From NCBI GenBank assembly GCA_003978075.1, contig QOAM01000056.1:1-37670 (forward strand): a stretch of 37,670 nt of DNA, given 5' to 3'. Below, in pieces: positions 25,698 to 35,803 of this stretch. A program made the position numbers and the translations under genes. Below the pieces are notes generated by a model. That model had not been told where the DNA came from. It ran no database searches and saw nothing but the letters and a program-made list of their open reading frames with translations. Each line of letters begins with the position of its first letter. Position 1 is the stretch's first letter. This stretch comes from Thermodesulfatator sp. (lineage in GTDB: Bacteria > Desulfobacterota > Thermodesulfobacteria > Thermodesulfobacteriales > Thermodesulfobacteriaceae).

Positions 25698-27639
25698 GAG
25701 GAGGGACTTCTCGAATCTCCGGGGCCTTCCCTTCGGGATAAGGGAGCCAGAGGTCTTCGGTTCCTCGGCCAGGCACTCGATCCCGGAAGGGGACGAAGGT
25801 GATACCCTCCGGTACCGGAAAATCCTGAGAGGGCTGAGGCAGGGCTTTCATCACCGCTAGCCACACCGGGCAGGCCGCTCGCCCCCCAGTTTCCCACCTT
25901 CCCAGGCTGCGCGGCTGGTCGTAGCCCACCCAGACCCCGCAAGTATAGGCCGGAGTGAAGCCCACGAACCAGGCATCCTGATAGCGGTCGGTGGTCCCGG
26001 TCTTTCCGGCCACAGGCACCCCCAGGGCCCGGGCGCAGCGTCCGGTGCCCTCACGGACCACCTCTTTCAGAAAGAAGGTCATCACATAGGCCGTCTCTGG
26101 AGAAAAGACCCGCAAACGCCGGGGCGAGGCCCTATAGATGAGCCGCCCATCGCGGTCATAGATCACCGCTACCAGGTGAGGTTCGATCATCTCTCCGCCC
26201 CCGGGAAAGGCGGTGTAGGCCCGGGTCAGGGCCAAGGGGGAGACCCCCAGGCTTCCCAGGGCCACGGAGAGGTTGTGCGGGAGCCTCTGGGTGAGACGAA
26301 GGTCGATGAGAGTTTCTTCCACCTCGGGGATCCCCAAGGCCCGAGCGATCTTTACGGCCACGGTGTTGCGGGACTCCACCAGGGCGTAGCGCAGGGAAAT
26401 GATCCCCAGATAGTGGTGGTCGAAGTTCCGGGGGCGCCAGAAGGTATGGGGCTCGGCTCCGGGCAGCACTACCGGTTCATCCATCACCAGGGAGTCCGGG
26501 CGCAGGAGGTCGTCCTCCAGGGCCCGCGCCCAGAGAAAGGGCTTGAGGGCTGAGCCCGGCGGACGCCGGGCATAAACCGCCCGATTGAACTGACTCTCCT
26601 GATAGTCCCGCCCCCCTACCAGAAGCCGCAGACTTCCGCTCCGATTTTCCACACAAACCACGGCCAGCTGGGGAAGTTTCTTGCGGTGGTGACGCGCGGG
26701 GATGGCCTGCAAGGCCTTGAAGACCCCTGGCCGGGCCCTTTCCCACCAGGAGAGATCCAAAGAGGTATATATGCGATAGCCCCCGGTGTCCAGACGCCTT
26801 CGGCCGAACATTCTCTCCAGCCGTATTCTTACCACCTGCAAAAAGTAGCCCGCGCGGGGATCCGGGGAGAAGTCCAGGGGATGGAGGCGAAGGGGGGCCT
26901 TTTCCGCGGCCTGGGCGGTCTCGGGGGTGATGTAGCCCTCCTCCATCATGCGCCGCAGGACATAGGCCCGGCGCTGGAGGGCCGCTCGGGGATGGCGCAA
27001 GGGGTTGAAACGGCTGGGGGCCGGGGTGAGCCCGGCAATAAGGGCCGCCTCCGGAAGGGTGAGCTCCCACACGTGCTTTCCGAAATAGGTGAGGGCTGCG
27101 GCCTCCACTCCATAAGCCCCGGCCCCAAGATAGATCTGATTGAGGTAGATATTCAGGATCTCGTCCTTAGTGAGGGCCTTGTCGATCCTCCAGGCCAGAA
27201 TAGCCTCCCGGATCTTGCGGGTAAGGGTCCTTTCTGGAGAAAGGAGCAGGGCCCGGGCCACCTGCTGGGTGATGGTGCTTCCTCCTTGCACCACGCGCCT
27301 GGCCCGGATGTCGGCTAGAAGGGCTCGGAGAATGCTCAGGAGGTCTATCCCCGGATGCTCGTAGAAACGGGCGTCCTCGGCAGCCACGAAGGCCTGGATG
27401 AGATAAGAGGGCATACGGGAAAGGGGCACGGGGAAGCGGCGCTCCCGATACCAGTAGGCCAGAGGATGACCCTCGCGGTCATAGACCACGGTCACCGCCG
27501 GTGGGCGATAATTTTTAAGGGCGGAGATGTCCGGAAGCTCCAGCCGGAAGTAGAGGTAAAGCCCCCCCAAGATGGTTCCCAAGGCTACTAGGGCCGCGGC
27601 CAGGAGGAGCAGCGAGGCGTGATAATAAGTGAGCCTCAT
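25648..27639 (-). CDS. Class A penicillin-binding protein (PBP1A family)
   Basis: N-terminal TM; transglycosylase motifs EDARFYEH, GGSTITQQ, RKIRE, YLN; transpeptidase motifs SALK, SRN, KTG. Confidence 0.93.
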   Translation of the reverse strand: MRLTYYHASLLLLAAALVALGTILGGLYLYFRLELPDISALKNYRPPAVTVVYDREGHPLAYWYRERRFPVPLSRMPSYLIQAFVAAEDARFYEHPGIDLLSILRALLADIRARRVVQGGSTITQQVARALLLSPERTLTRKIREAILAWRIDKALTKDEILNIYLNQIYLGAGAYGVEAAALTYFGKHVWELTLPEAALIAGLTPAPSRFNPLRHPRAALQRRAYVLRRMMEEGYITPETAQAAEKAPLRLHPLDFSPDPRAGYFLQVVRIRLERMFGRRRLDTGGYRIYTSLDLSWWERARPGVFKALQAIPARHHRKKLPQLAVVCVENRSGSLRLLVGGRDYQESQFNRAVYARRPPGSALKPFLWARALEDDLLRPDSLVMDEPVVLPGAEPHTFWRPRNFDHHYLGIISLRYALVESRNTVAVKIARALGIPEVEETLIDLRLTQRLPHNLSVALGSLGVSPLALTRAYTAFPGGGEMIEPHLVAVIYDRDGRLIYRASPRRLRVFSPETAYVMTFFLKEVVREGTGRCARALGVPVAGKTGTTDRYQDAWFVGFTPAYTCGVWVGYDQPRSLGRWETGGRAACPVWLAVMKALPQPSQDFPVPEGITFVPFRDRVPGRGTEDLWLPYPEGKAPEIREVPPLRPRRGAPLKWLFWWR

Positions 27640-29312
27640 CTTTCCGGGCGGGCCTTGAGGGTCCGCAGGCGATTTAAGGCCGCAGCCACTTCAAACCGGC
27701 GCACGAAGGCCAGGTCCCCCTTCTCCTCTCCCAACCAGCCAAATCCCTGAGAAAGAAGACGCCTTTCCGCCTCGAGCACGGCCTCCGCCAAGGAACATGG
27801 CCACCGATCTCGGAGGGCGAGCAGGATGAGCCCTAGGGTGCGTACCTGATCCGCAGAGACCAATTGCTCCACCGCCGAAAGATCAATGGATTCCCGCCCT
27901 AAGGAAAGGCCATCCACCCCGTGGACTTTGAGCTTCAGCGGGGACTGGAGCCCGTCGGAGAGGACGCGTCGCCGGGGGATCCCTTGGAGGGGCTCCGGGG
28001 CCTCCGGTTGACGCCGCGAAGGATAGGCCTTAACGACCTCCCTGGCCCGGGCGGTGACCTCCTGCGGACGGTAATGGTCCATGGCGATCACCGTATCGGC
28101 CACCTCGAGGTAGTCCCCGGAGCCTCCCATGACCAACACGGTGGAGACCCCCAGGCGCTCGTAAAGCTCGCGCACCCGGTCCAGGAAGGGGGTGATGGGT
28201 TCCTTGTCCTTGCTCACCAGGGCCTGCATCCGGGCGTCCCGTATCATGAAGTTGGTGGCTGAGGTGTCCTCGTCGAGAAGCAGGACCCGGGCCCCTACCT
28301 CCAGGGCCTCCATAATGTTAGCGGCCTGGCTGGTGGACCCTGAAGCGCAAGGCGTCTCAAACTCCCGGGTATCCTTGCCGAAGGGCAGGTTGGTGATAAA
28401 GGGCGAGATGTCCACCCCGGTTACGGCTCGGCCGTCCTCGGCCCGGATTTTTACCGTCTCGTAGCAGGAGACCACCAGTTCCCGTCCGTCTCCAGGCCGG
28501 TGATTGTAGACTCCCAGCTCCAGGGCCCGAAGCAGGGTGGACTTCCCGTGAAAGCCCCCGCCTACGATGAGGGTCACCCCCTTAGGGATTCCCATACCCC
28601 GCACTCGACCTCGATGGGGTAACTCCACCTCGAGGGTGAGCTCCGGCGGGGGCTCGAAGGGCACGGCCTCTTTCGCCGGTCGAGGATCCACTCCGGAGGC
28701 CCGGGGAAGCACCGCCCCCTGAGCCACGAAGGCCACCAAACCCAATTCCGAGAGTTTGGCCCGCAGGAAATCGGCGTCCTCGTTGACCTCCACGAAACGC
28801 CAGAGTTCCTCTTGGTCCACTCTCGCGAAGAGGAGGGCCTCCTTTACCATCTGCGGCAGGGCCTCTCCCAAGAGCTCCCAAGCCTCTCGGGCCAGCACCC
28901 GCCGCCCGGCTGCCGGAAGCCCTACGAAAAGACGGGCCGTGATCTCTCCCTGCGATCCCACGGTGACTGCGGAACGCGGCAGGATCTCCTGCCCCGGTCC
29001 GTGGACCTGGATCAGTCCGCTTTTTCCCGATCCCCGACGCTCGGAAAAGCGACGGGCCAGACGGCTCAGGCGATCGGCCAGATAGTTTTCCAGCCCCACG
29101 CGGCGGGAAGGGTTGGCATAAGCCGAGGCCGGAAAACGGGCCACCTCCGGAGGAACCTGCACTCGCACCCGGCTAGGAGGGGCAAAAGGATCGGCCTGCA
29201 CTCGATCCACCAGGAGTTCAAAACCCGGGAAACGGTAACGCCCACTCAGCTCCCGATAAGCCCCGTAGCCCCGCCCATCGATCCGCCAGAGAATTTTTCT
29301 CAACCGTTCCAT
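27636..29312 (-). CDS. Predicted ABC-class ATPase (COG3044-type)
   Basis: IDGRGYGAY, VQADPFAPPS, LPRASG, Walker A GGGFHGKST, KIRAEDGR, ASGSTSQAA, LLDEDTSATNFMIRD, AALNRLR. Confidence 0.85.
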   Translation of the reverse strand: MERLRKILWRIDGRGYGAYRELSGRYRFPGFELLVDRVQADPFAPPSRVRVQVPPEVARFPASAYANPSRRVGLENYLADRLSRLARRFSERRGSGKSGLIQVHGPGQEILPRSAVTVGSQGEITARLFVGLPAAGRRVLAREAWELLGEALPQMVKEALLFARVDQEELWRFVEVNEDADFLRAKLSELGLVAFVAQGAVLPRASGVDPRPAKEAVPFEPPPELTLEVELPHRGRVRGMGIPKGVTLIVGGGFHGKSTLLRALELGVYNHRPGDGRELVVSCYETVKIRAEDGRAVTGVDISPFITNLPFGKDTREFETPCASGSTSQAANIMEALEVGARVLLLDEDTSATNFMIRDARMQALVSKDKEPITPFLDRVRELYERLGVSTVLVMGGSGDYLEVADTVIAMDHYRPQEVTARAREVVKAYPSRRQPEAPEPLQGIPRRRVLSDGLQSPLKLKVHGVDGLSLGRESIDLSAVEQLVSADQVRTLGLILLALRDRWPCSLAEAVLEAERRLLSQGFGWLGEEKGDLAFVRRFEVAAALNRLRTLKARPER

Positions 29313-29379
29313 CGGTTGCTCAATCCATTTTCCCGTGATTTAATGGGATCGGAATCCGGCCGCCAACCTAGACACTTTA

Positions 29380-31206
29380 ATGAATAGCCCGGATTTTTAC
29401 CAGGCCATTTTGGATCTCTTCCCGGGATGGGTAGCGGTAATCTCCCGAGATCATCGAGTCCTTTATGTCAACCAAAAGATGCGCGAGTGGTGCGGAGAGG
29501 ATCCCTCGGGCAAGCTCTGTTATCAGGTCTTCCACGGCCTTTCCCAGCCCTGTCCCTGGTGCAAAAAAGAGGAGGTACTCGAGCAGCGAAAGCCCGCCTT
29601 CTGGGAGCTCCGAAGCTCTAAAGATAGCCGTTGGTTTGAGATCCGCTCTCTGCCCCTACCTTGGCAAGAGAAAATGCTTTATCTCACCATAATCCTGGAT
29701 ATCACTGAAAAGAAGCGCTTGGAGGAGAAGTTAGAGAAACAGCTGGCCTTTTTCCGGAAGGTGCTAGACGAAAGTCCCATCCTTATCCTCTTTAATCGCC
29801 AGAGAAAACCCATCTTTGTAAATCGGACTTTCGAGAGGATTACCGGGATACCTCGCACGGAGGCCTTAGGACGCAATCTCTTTGAGCTCATAGTCCCTCC
29901 AGAGGCTCTTTCCGAATGGCAGAGACACTGTGATGAGGTCCATTGCGGAATCTTTAAGCGCGGGGTGGAGCTTCCCTTGCTCGACCGGCAGGGTGGCCTG
30001 CATTATCTCTTGTGGAACTGCATGCAGGTGGAGGATCCGGAGGGAGAACCCCTGGTGGTGGGCATGGCTGTGGACATCACCGAGAATAAGCGTCTCCAAG
30101 AAGAATATCTTCAGATCCAAAAGATGGAGAGCTTGGGGCGCTTTACCGGGGTCCTCCTCCACGAGCTGAACAATCTTTTCATGGCCCTTCAGGGGTATAT
30201 CAGTGTGAGTCGCCTCAAACTCGACCAGCCGGAAAAGGTCCGGCAGAACCTTGACCGTATGGAAGAGCTCATCGACCGCTGGCGCCACATGAGCCGGGAC
30301 CTCCTTTCTTTTACCAAGAAATCTCCCATCCAGGCGGAGGTGGTGGATCTGGCTCAGGCCCTCCGCCGAGTGGAAGAGACCTTGCAAAGACTTTTGGGTT
30401 CCGGGATCCAAGTGGTGGTGGAGGCCCCCAAAGGGGGCCTTCCGGTACGGTTGAATCCTGCAGCCCTGCAGCAGATCCTCTTCAACCTGGCCTCCAACGC
30501 CCGTGAGGCCATGGGAGGGAGGGGAAAGATCCAGATAACTCTGGAAAAGGTCGAGCTTCCGGAAGAAAGTGCCCAAATCCTAGAACTTTCTTCTGGACCT
30601 TACGCCCTTCTTACCTTTCGGGATACCGGGCCGGGAATCCCTTCCGAAGTCCTGCCCCATATCTTTGAACCCTACTTTACCACCAAAGCCGAAGGTACAG
30701 GCCTAGGGCTAGCCACGGTCTACTCCTTGGTAAAGCAGCACCGGGGACATATAGCCGCTTACAATCACCCCGAAGGCGGAGCGGTCTTCCGCATCTATCT
30801 TCCTTTGGTGACCTCCTCCCCGGGGAAAGTCTCCCGGGATCTTTCCCTTTTGGTGGTGGAAGAGAATCAGGTCCTCTTGGAGACCCTCAAGGATCTTTTG
30901 GAATACCTGGAATACCAACCCCGTCTTGCCCGAAGTTTCAGGGAGGTCCGGGATCTCCTCGAGCAAGGCTTTGTTCCGAAGATCTTGCTTACGGACATTT
31001 ACCTGCGAAGCGGGCCTCAAGAAAGGGAAATACTCGAACTGGCTGCTCGCTTTCCCGAGATGAAACTGATTATTGCCACCCCTTATCCCTGGGAGATGGT
31101 GGAAAAGGCCCTCTCCGGTCTCAAGAAGCGGTTGATCTACCTTTCTAAACCTTTCTCTCTGGACGACTTGCGCCAAGCCTTGGAGAAAGCCTGTGAGCTC
31201 ACCTAA
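29380..31206 (+). CDS. Cytoplasmic PAS-PAS hybrid histidine kinase with receiver domain
   Basis: Two PAS/PAC domains ending in DITE; H-box HELNN; NLASNAREAM, DTGPGI, FEPYFTTK, GTGLGL; receiver LTD and SKPF; no TM segment seen. Confidence 0.9.
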   Translation: MNSPDFYQAILDLFPGWVAVISRDHRVLYVNQKMREWCGEDPSGKLCYQVFHGLSQPCPWCKKEEVLEQRKPAFWELRSSKDSRWFEIRSLPLPWQEKMLYLTIILDITEKKRLEEKLEKQLAFFRKVLDESPILILFNRQRKPIFVNRTFERITGIPRTEALGRNLFELIVPPEALSEWQRHCDEVHCGIFKRGVELPLLDRQGGLHYLLWNCMQVEDPEGEPLVVGMAVDITENKRLQEEYLQIQKMESLGRFTGVLLHELNNLFMALQGYISVSRLKLDQPEKVRQNLDRMEELIDRWRHMSRDLLSFTKKSPIQAEVVDLAQALRRVEETLQRLLGSGIQVVVEAPKGGLPVRLNPAALQQILFNLASNAREAMGGRGKIQITLEKVELPEESAQILELSSGPYALLTFRDTGPGIPSEVLPHIFEPYFTTKAEGTGLGLATVYSLVKQHRGHIAAYNHPEGGAVFRIYLPLVTSSPGKVSRDLSLLVVEENQVLLETLKDLLEYLEYQPRLARSFREVRDLLEQGFVPKILLTDIYLRSGPQEREILELAARFPEMKLIIATPYPWEMVEKALSGLKKRLIYLSKPFSLDDLRQALEKACELT

Positions 31207-32179
31207 AAAGACCTCCCGAAAAAGGGAAAATTCCCCTGCTGGTAAAAAAGGGGCTTGTGCGGAGACTTTGCAGGGGGAGGCCTTGGAGGGATTTTTGAGG
31301 TATCTCAGGCAAGAAAGGGGCTATTCGCCCCACACCCTGCGGGCTTATGCCCGGGACCTCCGTGATTTTGGGGAGTTTTTAGGAGGGCGTTCCCTTCTGG
31401 AGGCCGATCTTCAGGATTTGCGGGCCTGGATAATGCATCTTCGGGCCAAGGTTTCGGCCCGCACCGTGGCCCGTAAGCTCTCGGCCCTCAAGAGTTTTTA
31501 CCGTTATCTTCTGAAAAGGGGGTTCCTTCAGGAGACCCGTCTTTTGGTCCTCTCGGGGCCCAAACTTTCCCGGGATCTCCCCCGGGTGCTCACTGTGGAC
31601 GAGGCCCTGGCCCTAGTGGAGGCCCCGCAGGGAGAGGACTTCTTTACCCTGCGCGATCGGGTAGCCCTGGAGCTCCTTTACGGCTCAGGGCTCAGGGCCT
31701 CGGAGGTCTGCGGACTCCGGCTTGGGGATCTTCATCTGGGAGCTCGTCTGGTGCGGGTGCGAGGCAAGGGACGCAAGGAGCGGCTGGTACCTCTGGGACG
31801 CAAGACTTTAGAGGCCCTGAGGGCCTATCTCCCGGTACGCAAGAGCTTTCTTGAATCCCGAGGGAAAGAGAGCGAGCACCTTCTACTCAATCGGCAAGGG
31901 GAAGCCCTCTCCCCGCGCAGTCTCCAGCGGCTGGTCAAACGCTACGCCCGGGCCTTGGGACTTGCCGGGGTCCATCCCCACGCCCTGCGGCATTCCTTTG
32001 CTACCCATCTCCTGGAATCCGGAGCTGATCTACGGAGCATCCAGGAGATGCTGGGCCACAGCCGGCTCACCACCACAGAACGCTACACCCACCTGGATCT
32101 AGGACACCTTTCCCGCGTTTACGATGCGGCTCACCCCCGTGCCCTTGCCCAAAGGCCCTCCCAGGATAAAGACCTCTAG
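31193..32179 (+). CDS. xerC: Tyrosine recombinase XerC
   Basis: SPHTLRAY, LYGSGLRASE, GKGRKER, HALRHSFATH, LGH, ERYTH; xerC-hslVU context. Start codon uncertain. Confidence 0.88.
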   Translation: MSSPKKTSRKRENSPAGKKGACAETLQGEALEGFLRYLRQERGYSPHTLRAYARDLRDFGEFLGGRSLLEADLQDLRAWIMHLRAKVSARTVARKLSALKSFYRYLLKRGFLQETRLLVLSGPKLSRDLPRVLTVDEALALVEAPQGEDFFTLRDRVALELLYGSGLRASEVCGLRLGDLHLGARLVRVRGKGRKERLVPLGRKTLEALRAYLPVRKSFLESRGKESEHLLLNRQGEALSPRSLQRLVKRYARALGLAGVHPHALRHSFATHLLESGADLRSIQEMLGHSRLTTTERYTHLDLGHLSRVYDAAHPRALAQRPSQDKDL

Positions 32180-32275
32180 AGAGATCTAGGGTCTCTAGAA
32201 AAAAATTGAAGAGGACTTAAAATGTGAACTCATGGTGAAAAGAGGTGGGGGCAGGGCCCCCAAGGGATTAAGGCC

Positions 32276-32803
32276 ATGTTGAAGGGCACTACGGTAGTGG
32301 CGGTGCGGAGGGAGGGGAAGACGGTGCTGGCCGCTGACGGTCAGGTCACCCTGGGGGAGACGGTGATCAAGCACGGGGCGCGCAAGGTGCGCCGCCTTTA
32401 CAAAGGGCAGGTCCTGGTGGGCTTTGCCGGTTCTACCGCCGACGCCCTTACCCTCTTCGAACGACTAGAAAAAAAACTGGAGCTTTATAGCGGGCATCTG
32501 GTAAGGGCCGCGGTGGAGCTGGCCAAGGACTGGCGTACGGATAAACTCCTGCGCCGTCTAGAGGCCCTACTTATCGCCTGTGATCGGGAGAGGATCCTTC
32601 TCATCTCCGGAGCCGGGGATGTAATCGAACCGGACGAGGAGGTGCTGGCCATTGGCTCCGGCGGTCCCATGGCTCTGGCGGCAGCCAAGGCCCTGCTCAA
32701 GCACACTAAGCTCTCCGCTCGCCAGATTGCTGAGGAGGCCCTGCGCCTGGCCGGCGAACTTTGTATCTACACCAATCAGGAAATTACGGTCGAGGAACTA
32801 TGA
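32276..32803 (+). CDS. hslV: ATP-dependent protease peptidase subunit
   Basis: GTTVVAV (N-terminal Thr nucleophile), [31 protein letters not shown]. Confidence 0.96.
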   Translation: MLKGTTVVAVRREGKTVLAADGQVTLGETVIKHGARKVRRLYKGQVLVGFAGSTADALTLFERLEKKLELYSGHLVRAAVELAKDWRTDKLLRRLEALLIACDRERILLISGAGDVIEPDEEVLAIGSGGPMALAAAKALLKHTKLSARQIAEEALRLAGELCIYTNQEITVEEL

Positions 32804-34119
32804 AACCCCTTACTCCCAGAGAAATCGTAGCTGAATTGGACAAGTACATAGTAGGGCAGACCGAGGCCAAGAAGGCCGTGGCCATCGCCCTGCGCAACCG
32901 CTGGCGACGGCAGCAGGTTCCCCCTCCGTTGAGGGACGAGATCTATCCCAAGAACATCATCATGATCGGGCCCACCGGGGTGGGCAAGACGGAGATTGCC
33001 CGTCGGCTGGCCCGCCTTTCCGGCTCTCCTTTTCTCAAGGTGGAGGCTACCAAGTTCACCGAAGTTGGTTATGTGGGCCGCGATGTAGAGTCCATGGTAC
33101 GAGACCTTACGCACATCGCGGTCCAGATGGTCAAGGCCGAAGAGCAGGAGAAGGTCAAGGAGCGGGCCCGGCGCCTGGCTGAAGATCGCCTTTTGGATCT
33201 GCTCGTGCCTCCTACCCCTCATCGCCCGGAAGGAGATTCCGAGACCCGGGAAAAGTTCCGGCGCATGTTGCACCAAGGGGTCCTGGACGAACGTTATGTG
33301 GAGCTGGATATCGAGGAGCGTCTGCCGGCTCCCATGGTAGAGGTCTTTGCTGCCACAGGCCTGGAGGAGATCGAACAGCAACTGCGGGAGATGATGAGCT
33401 CTCTCTTTCCTCGGCGCCCCAAGCGCCGGCGGATGAAGGTCCGAGAGGCCTTGGAAATCCTCTTCAAACAGGAATCCGAAAAGCTCATCGACATGGAAAA
33501 GGTCACCCGGGAGGCCATCCATCGTACGGAAACCAACGGGATTATCTTCATCGATGAGATCGACAAGATCGCCAGTCGAGGGGAAGGACACGGTCCGGAT
33601 GTCTCCCGGGAAGGGGTCCAAAGGGATCTCTTGCCCATCGTGGAAGGCACCACGGTCAATACCCGTTACGGGATCGTGCGCACGGACCACATCCTTTTCA
33701 TTGCCAGCGGGGCCTTTCACATCGCCAAGCCCTCAGACCTCATTCCCGAGCTCCAGGGACGCTTTCCTATCCGCGTGGAACTTAAACCCCTCACCCAAGA
33801 GGACTTTGTACGCATCCTCACCGAGCCGGAAAACGCCTTAGTCAAGCAATATCAAGCTCTGCTGGCCACGGAAGGAGTGGAGCTAGAGTTCACCCAGGAC
33901 GGTCTCCAGGAGATCGCCCGCATCGCCTACGAGGTCAACGAACGCACAGAAAACATCGGGGCCCGGCGTCTTTACACCGTAATGGAAAAACTCTTGGAAG
34001 AAATCTCCTTTTCTGCCCCGGACATTGCTCCCACCCGCGTGGTCATCAACGGGGATTATGTGCGGGAAAAACTGGCGGATATTGCCGGGGATCTCGACCT
34101 TTCCCGCTTCATTCTATAG
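32800..34119 (+). CDS. hslU: ATP-dependent protease ATPase subunit
   Basis: [51 protein letters not shown]. The ATG at 32800 overlaps the hslV stop (ATGA). Confidence 0.97.
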   Translation: MKPLTPREIVAELDKYIVGQTEAKKAVAIALRNRWRRQQVPPPLRDEIYPKNIIMIGPTGVGKTEIARRLARLSGSPFLKVEATKFTEVGYVGRDVESMVRDLTHIAVQMVKAEEQEKVKERARRLAEDRLLDLLVPPTPHRPEGDSETREKFRRMLHQGVLDERYVELDIEERLPAPMVEVFAATGLEEIEQQLREMMSSLFPRRPKRRRMKVREALEILFKQESEKLIDMEKVTREAIHRTETNGIIFIDEIDKIASRGEGHGPDVSREGVQRDLLPIVEGTTVNTRYGIVRTDHILFIASGAFHIAKPSDLIPELQGRFPIRVELKPLTQEDFVRILTEPENALVKQYQALLATEGVELEFTQDGLQEIARIAYEVNERTENIGARRLYTVMEKLLEEISFSAPDIAPTRVVINGDYVREKLADIAGDLDLSRFIL

Positions 34120-34875
34120 CTCCAGAGTCATACCGTCCCAGGCGGCCACGGTAGGGACCCCGGTTTCTTTAGTGAGCCTTTGGGCCACCTGTTTAGGGTG
34201 GGCCCGGATCATGGTCATCCCGAAGTGGGTGAGGACGGCCCTTTCCGGCCTCAAGGCGGCAAGCATCTCCCGCACATGGGCCACACAGAGGTGCTGGACC
34301 TCAGGGGAGGGATGGGGCTTGTAGCGTACTACATTGAGGACCAGGACCTGACACCCGCGATAACTCTCAAGGAGTTGCGGAAAATAGAGGGTGTCCACCA
34401 CGAAACCCACCCGCGTGCCGGAAAGCTCAAAGATCACTCCGTAGGTCTCAGCGGGGTGATGGTGGCGGATGGAGGTGCGGAAGGTGATGTTTCCCAGGCG
34501 ATATTCGGTCTGTGGGGTGAGGACTTGGATCTCTTCCAGGTAGGAGCGGAGATAGGGCAGGAGGACGGAGTTTTCCCCGTAGAGGGCTTCGCGGGGGAGA
34601 AAGACCCGTCCCCGGCGCTTAAAGCCCCCTTCGGTAAGGGCGTCCACCAAGATGTTGAGGTCTGCGGCGTGATCCAGGTGCCCGTGGGTGACCACGATGC
34701 CGTGGAGCTTTTCCACCCGCAGGCCCTCTTTGGCCATGTAGACCAAGGTTCCCGGGCCGGGATCCAAGATGAGCCGGGTGGAATCCGCTTCTATATACAC
34801 CCCGCCTGAGGCCCGAAGTTGACGGGCCACCACATACCGGGCCCCTGCGGTCCCCAAAAACTTGATGAGGGCCAT
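34114..34875 (-). CDS. Metallo-beta-lactamase-fold hydrolase
   Basis: FLGTAG, LDPGPG, THGHLDH, HH, DT, LTHF, AWDG. Confidence 0.88.
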   Translation of the reverse strand: MALIKFLGTAGARYVVARQLRASGGVYIEADSTRLILDPGPGTLVYMAKEGLRVEKLHGIVVTHGHLDHAADLNILVDALTEGGFKRRGRVFLPREALYGENSVLLPYLRSYLEEIQVLTPQTEYRLGNITFRTSIRHHHPAETYGVIFELSGTRVGFVVDTLYFPQLLESYRGCQVLVLNVVRYKPHPSPEVQHLCVAHVREMLAALRPERAVLTHFGMTMIRAHPKQVAQRLTKETGVPTVAAWDGMTLEL

Positions 34876-34993
34876 ATTTCAAAGATAATCTCCCCTGCTT
34901 CCCTGTGTAAGCCTTCTTCGGAGCTCCTTGCCCACTCCGCTAAGAGACGATAAATATGAGAAAGTAAACCCAACGAAAAAGAGAGAGCTTATT

Positions 34994-35779
34994 ATGTTTA
35001 ACCCTTTGAAATATTTTGAAACCTTTCGGGAGAGCTTTGGGGAGGAAGCGGCCCTAACCCTCCTCAAGGTCTTGAGTGAAATCTATGAAAATTTGGCCCA
35101 GAATGTCACCCGCGAGGAATTCAACGAGCTCAAAGAGATCGTTCGGGAACAAGGAGAAAACCTCAAAATCCTCACCCAGCGCGTAGACCAACTCACCCAA
35201 CGTGTAGACCAACTCACCCAGCGCGTAGATCAGCTCACCCAGCGCGTGGATCAACTCACCCAACGTGTGGACCAGCTCACCCAGCGTGTGGATCAGCTCA
35301 CCCAGCGTGTGGATCAGCTCACGGAAGATGTAAGGAAGCTCACCGGAGAGATGGGGAAAATGAAAGGCGAGTTAAGTGATTTGCGGAAGCAAGTAGGTGG
35401 ACTAAGCATTACCGTGGGTTATACCCTGGAAAACGAGGCTTACAAGGCCCTTCCCCGGCTTCTAGCCGAGGACTACGGTTTAGAGGTGGAGGGGCGCCTT
35501 TTGCGCACCTTTGTAAAGGATGAAAAGGGGCGCCCTCTGGAGGTGAATATCTTCGGCCGCGCTCTACGCCACGGAAAAGAGGTATTTATCCTGGGAGAAG
35601 CCAAGGTCCAGCTCTCCCAGAACGATATAAACCGCTTTCTTCGCCGAAAGATCAAACCTCTGGAAAAGGTCTTCCCCGAGAGATTTCTGGTGTTGGTTAC
35701 CCACATGATCAGCAGCCCAGAGGTGGAGGAATACGCCCGGAAGAAAGGTGTAGCCCTTTACTACTCCTACCAATTTTAA
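34994..35779 (+). CDS. Heptad-repeat coiled-coil protein with C-terminal PD-(D/E)XK-like domain
   Basis: Helical head, VTREEF neck, (LTQRVDQ)x7, then VGYTLENEA, EVNIFG and ILGEAK. The ATG at 34994 is preferred as start. Confidence 0.7.
   Translation: MFNPLKYFETFRESFGEEAALTLLKVLSEIYENLAQNVTREEFNELKEIVREQGENLKILTQRVDQLTQRVDQLTQRVDQLTQRVDQLTQRVDQLTQRVDQLTQRVDQLTEDVRKLTGEMGKMKGELSDLRKQVGGLSITVGYTLENEAYKALPRLLAEDYGLEVEGRLLRTFVKDEKGRPLEVNIFGRALRHGKEVFILGEAKVQLSQNDINRFLRRKIKPLEKVFPERFLVLVTHMISSPEVEEYARKKGVALYYSYQF
35171..35323 (+). repeat. Coding tandem repeat, 7 x 21 bp plus a partial unit
   Basis: CTCACCCARCGYGTRGAYCAR units start at 35171, 35192, 35213, 35234, 35255, 35276 and 35297. Confidence 0.97.
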
Positions 35780-35803
35780 AGACCTCTGAGAAAGGTCTTT
35801 TTT
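35778..35803 (+). terminator. Putative intrinsic terminator
   Basis: AAAGACCT-ctgagaa-AGGTCTTT followed by TTT, starting within the stop codon. Confidence 0.6.

Noticed and set aside
31193-32179. Tyrosine recombinase as a prophage or island integrase
   Set aside because: It has XerC-type motifs in the housekeeping xerC-hslVU context, with no att repeats, tRNA or cargo genes.
32776-33720. Long antisense ORFs (314 aa opposite hslU; similar ones opposite corA, the kinase and glgP)
   Set aside because: These are shadow ORFs expected from codon bias in high-GC genes and carry no recognisable motifs.
35171-35323. Tandem repeats as a possible CRISPR array
   Set aside because: The units are contiguous with no spacers, are in frame, and vary only synonymously, so this is a coding repeat.
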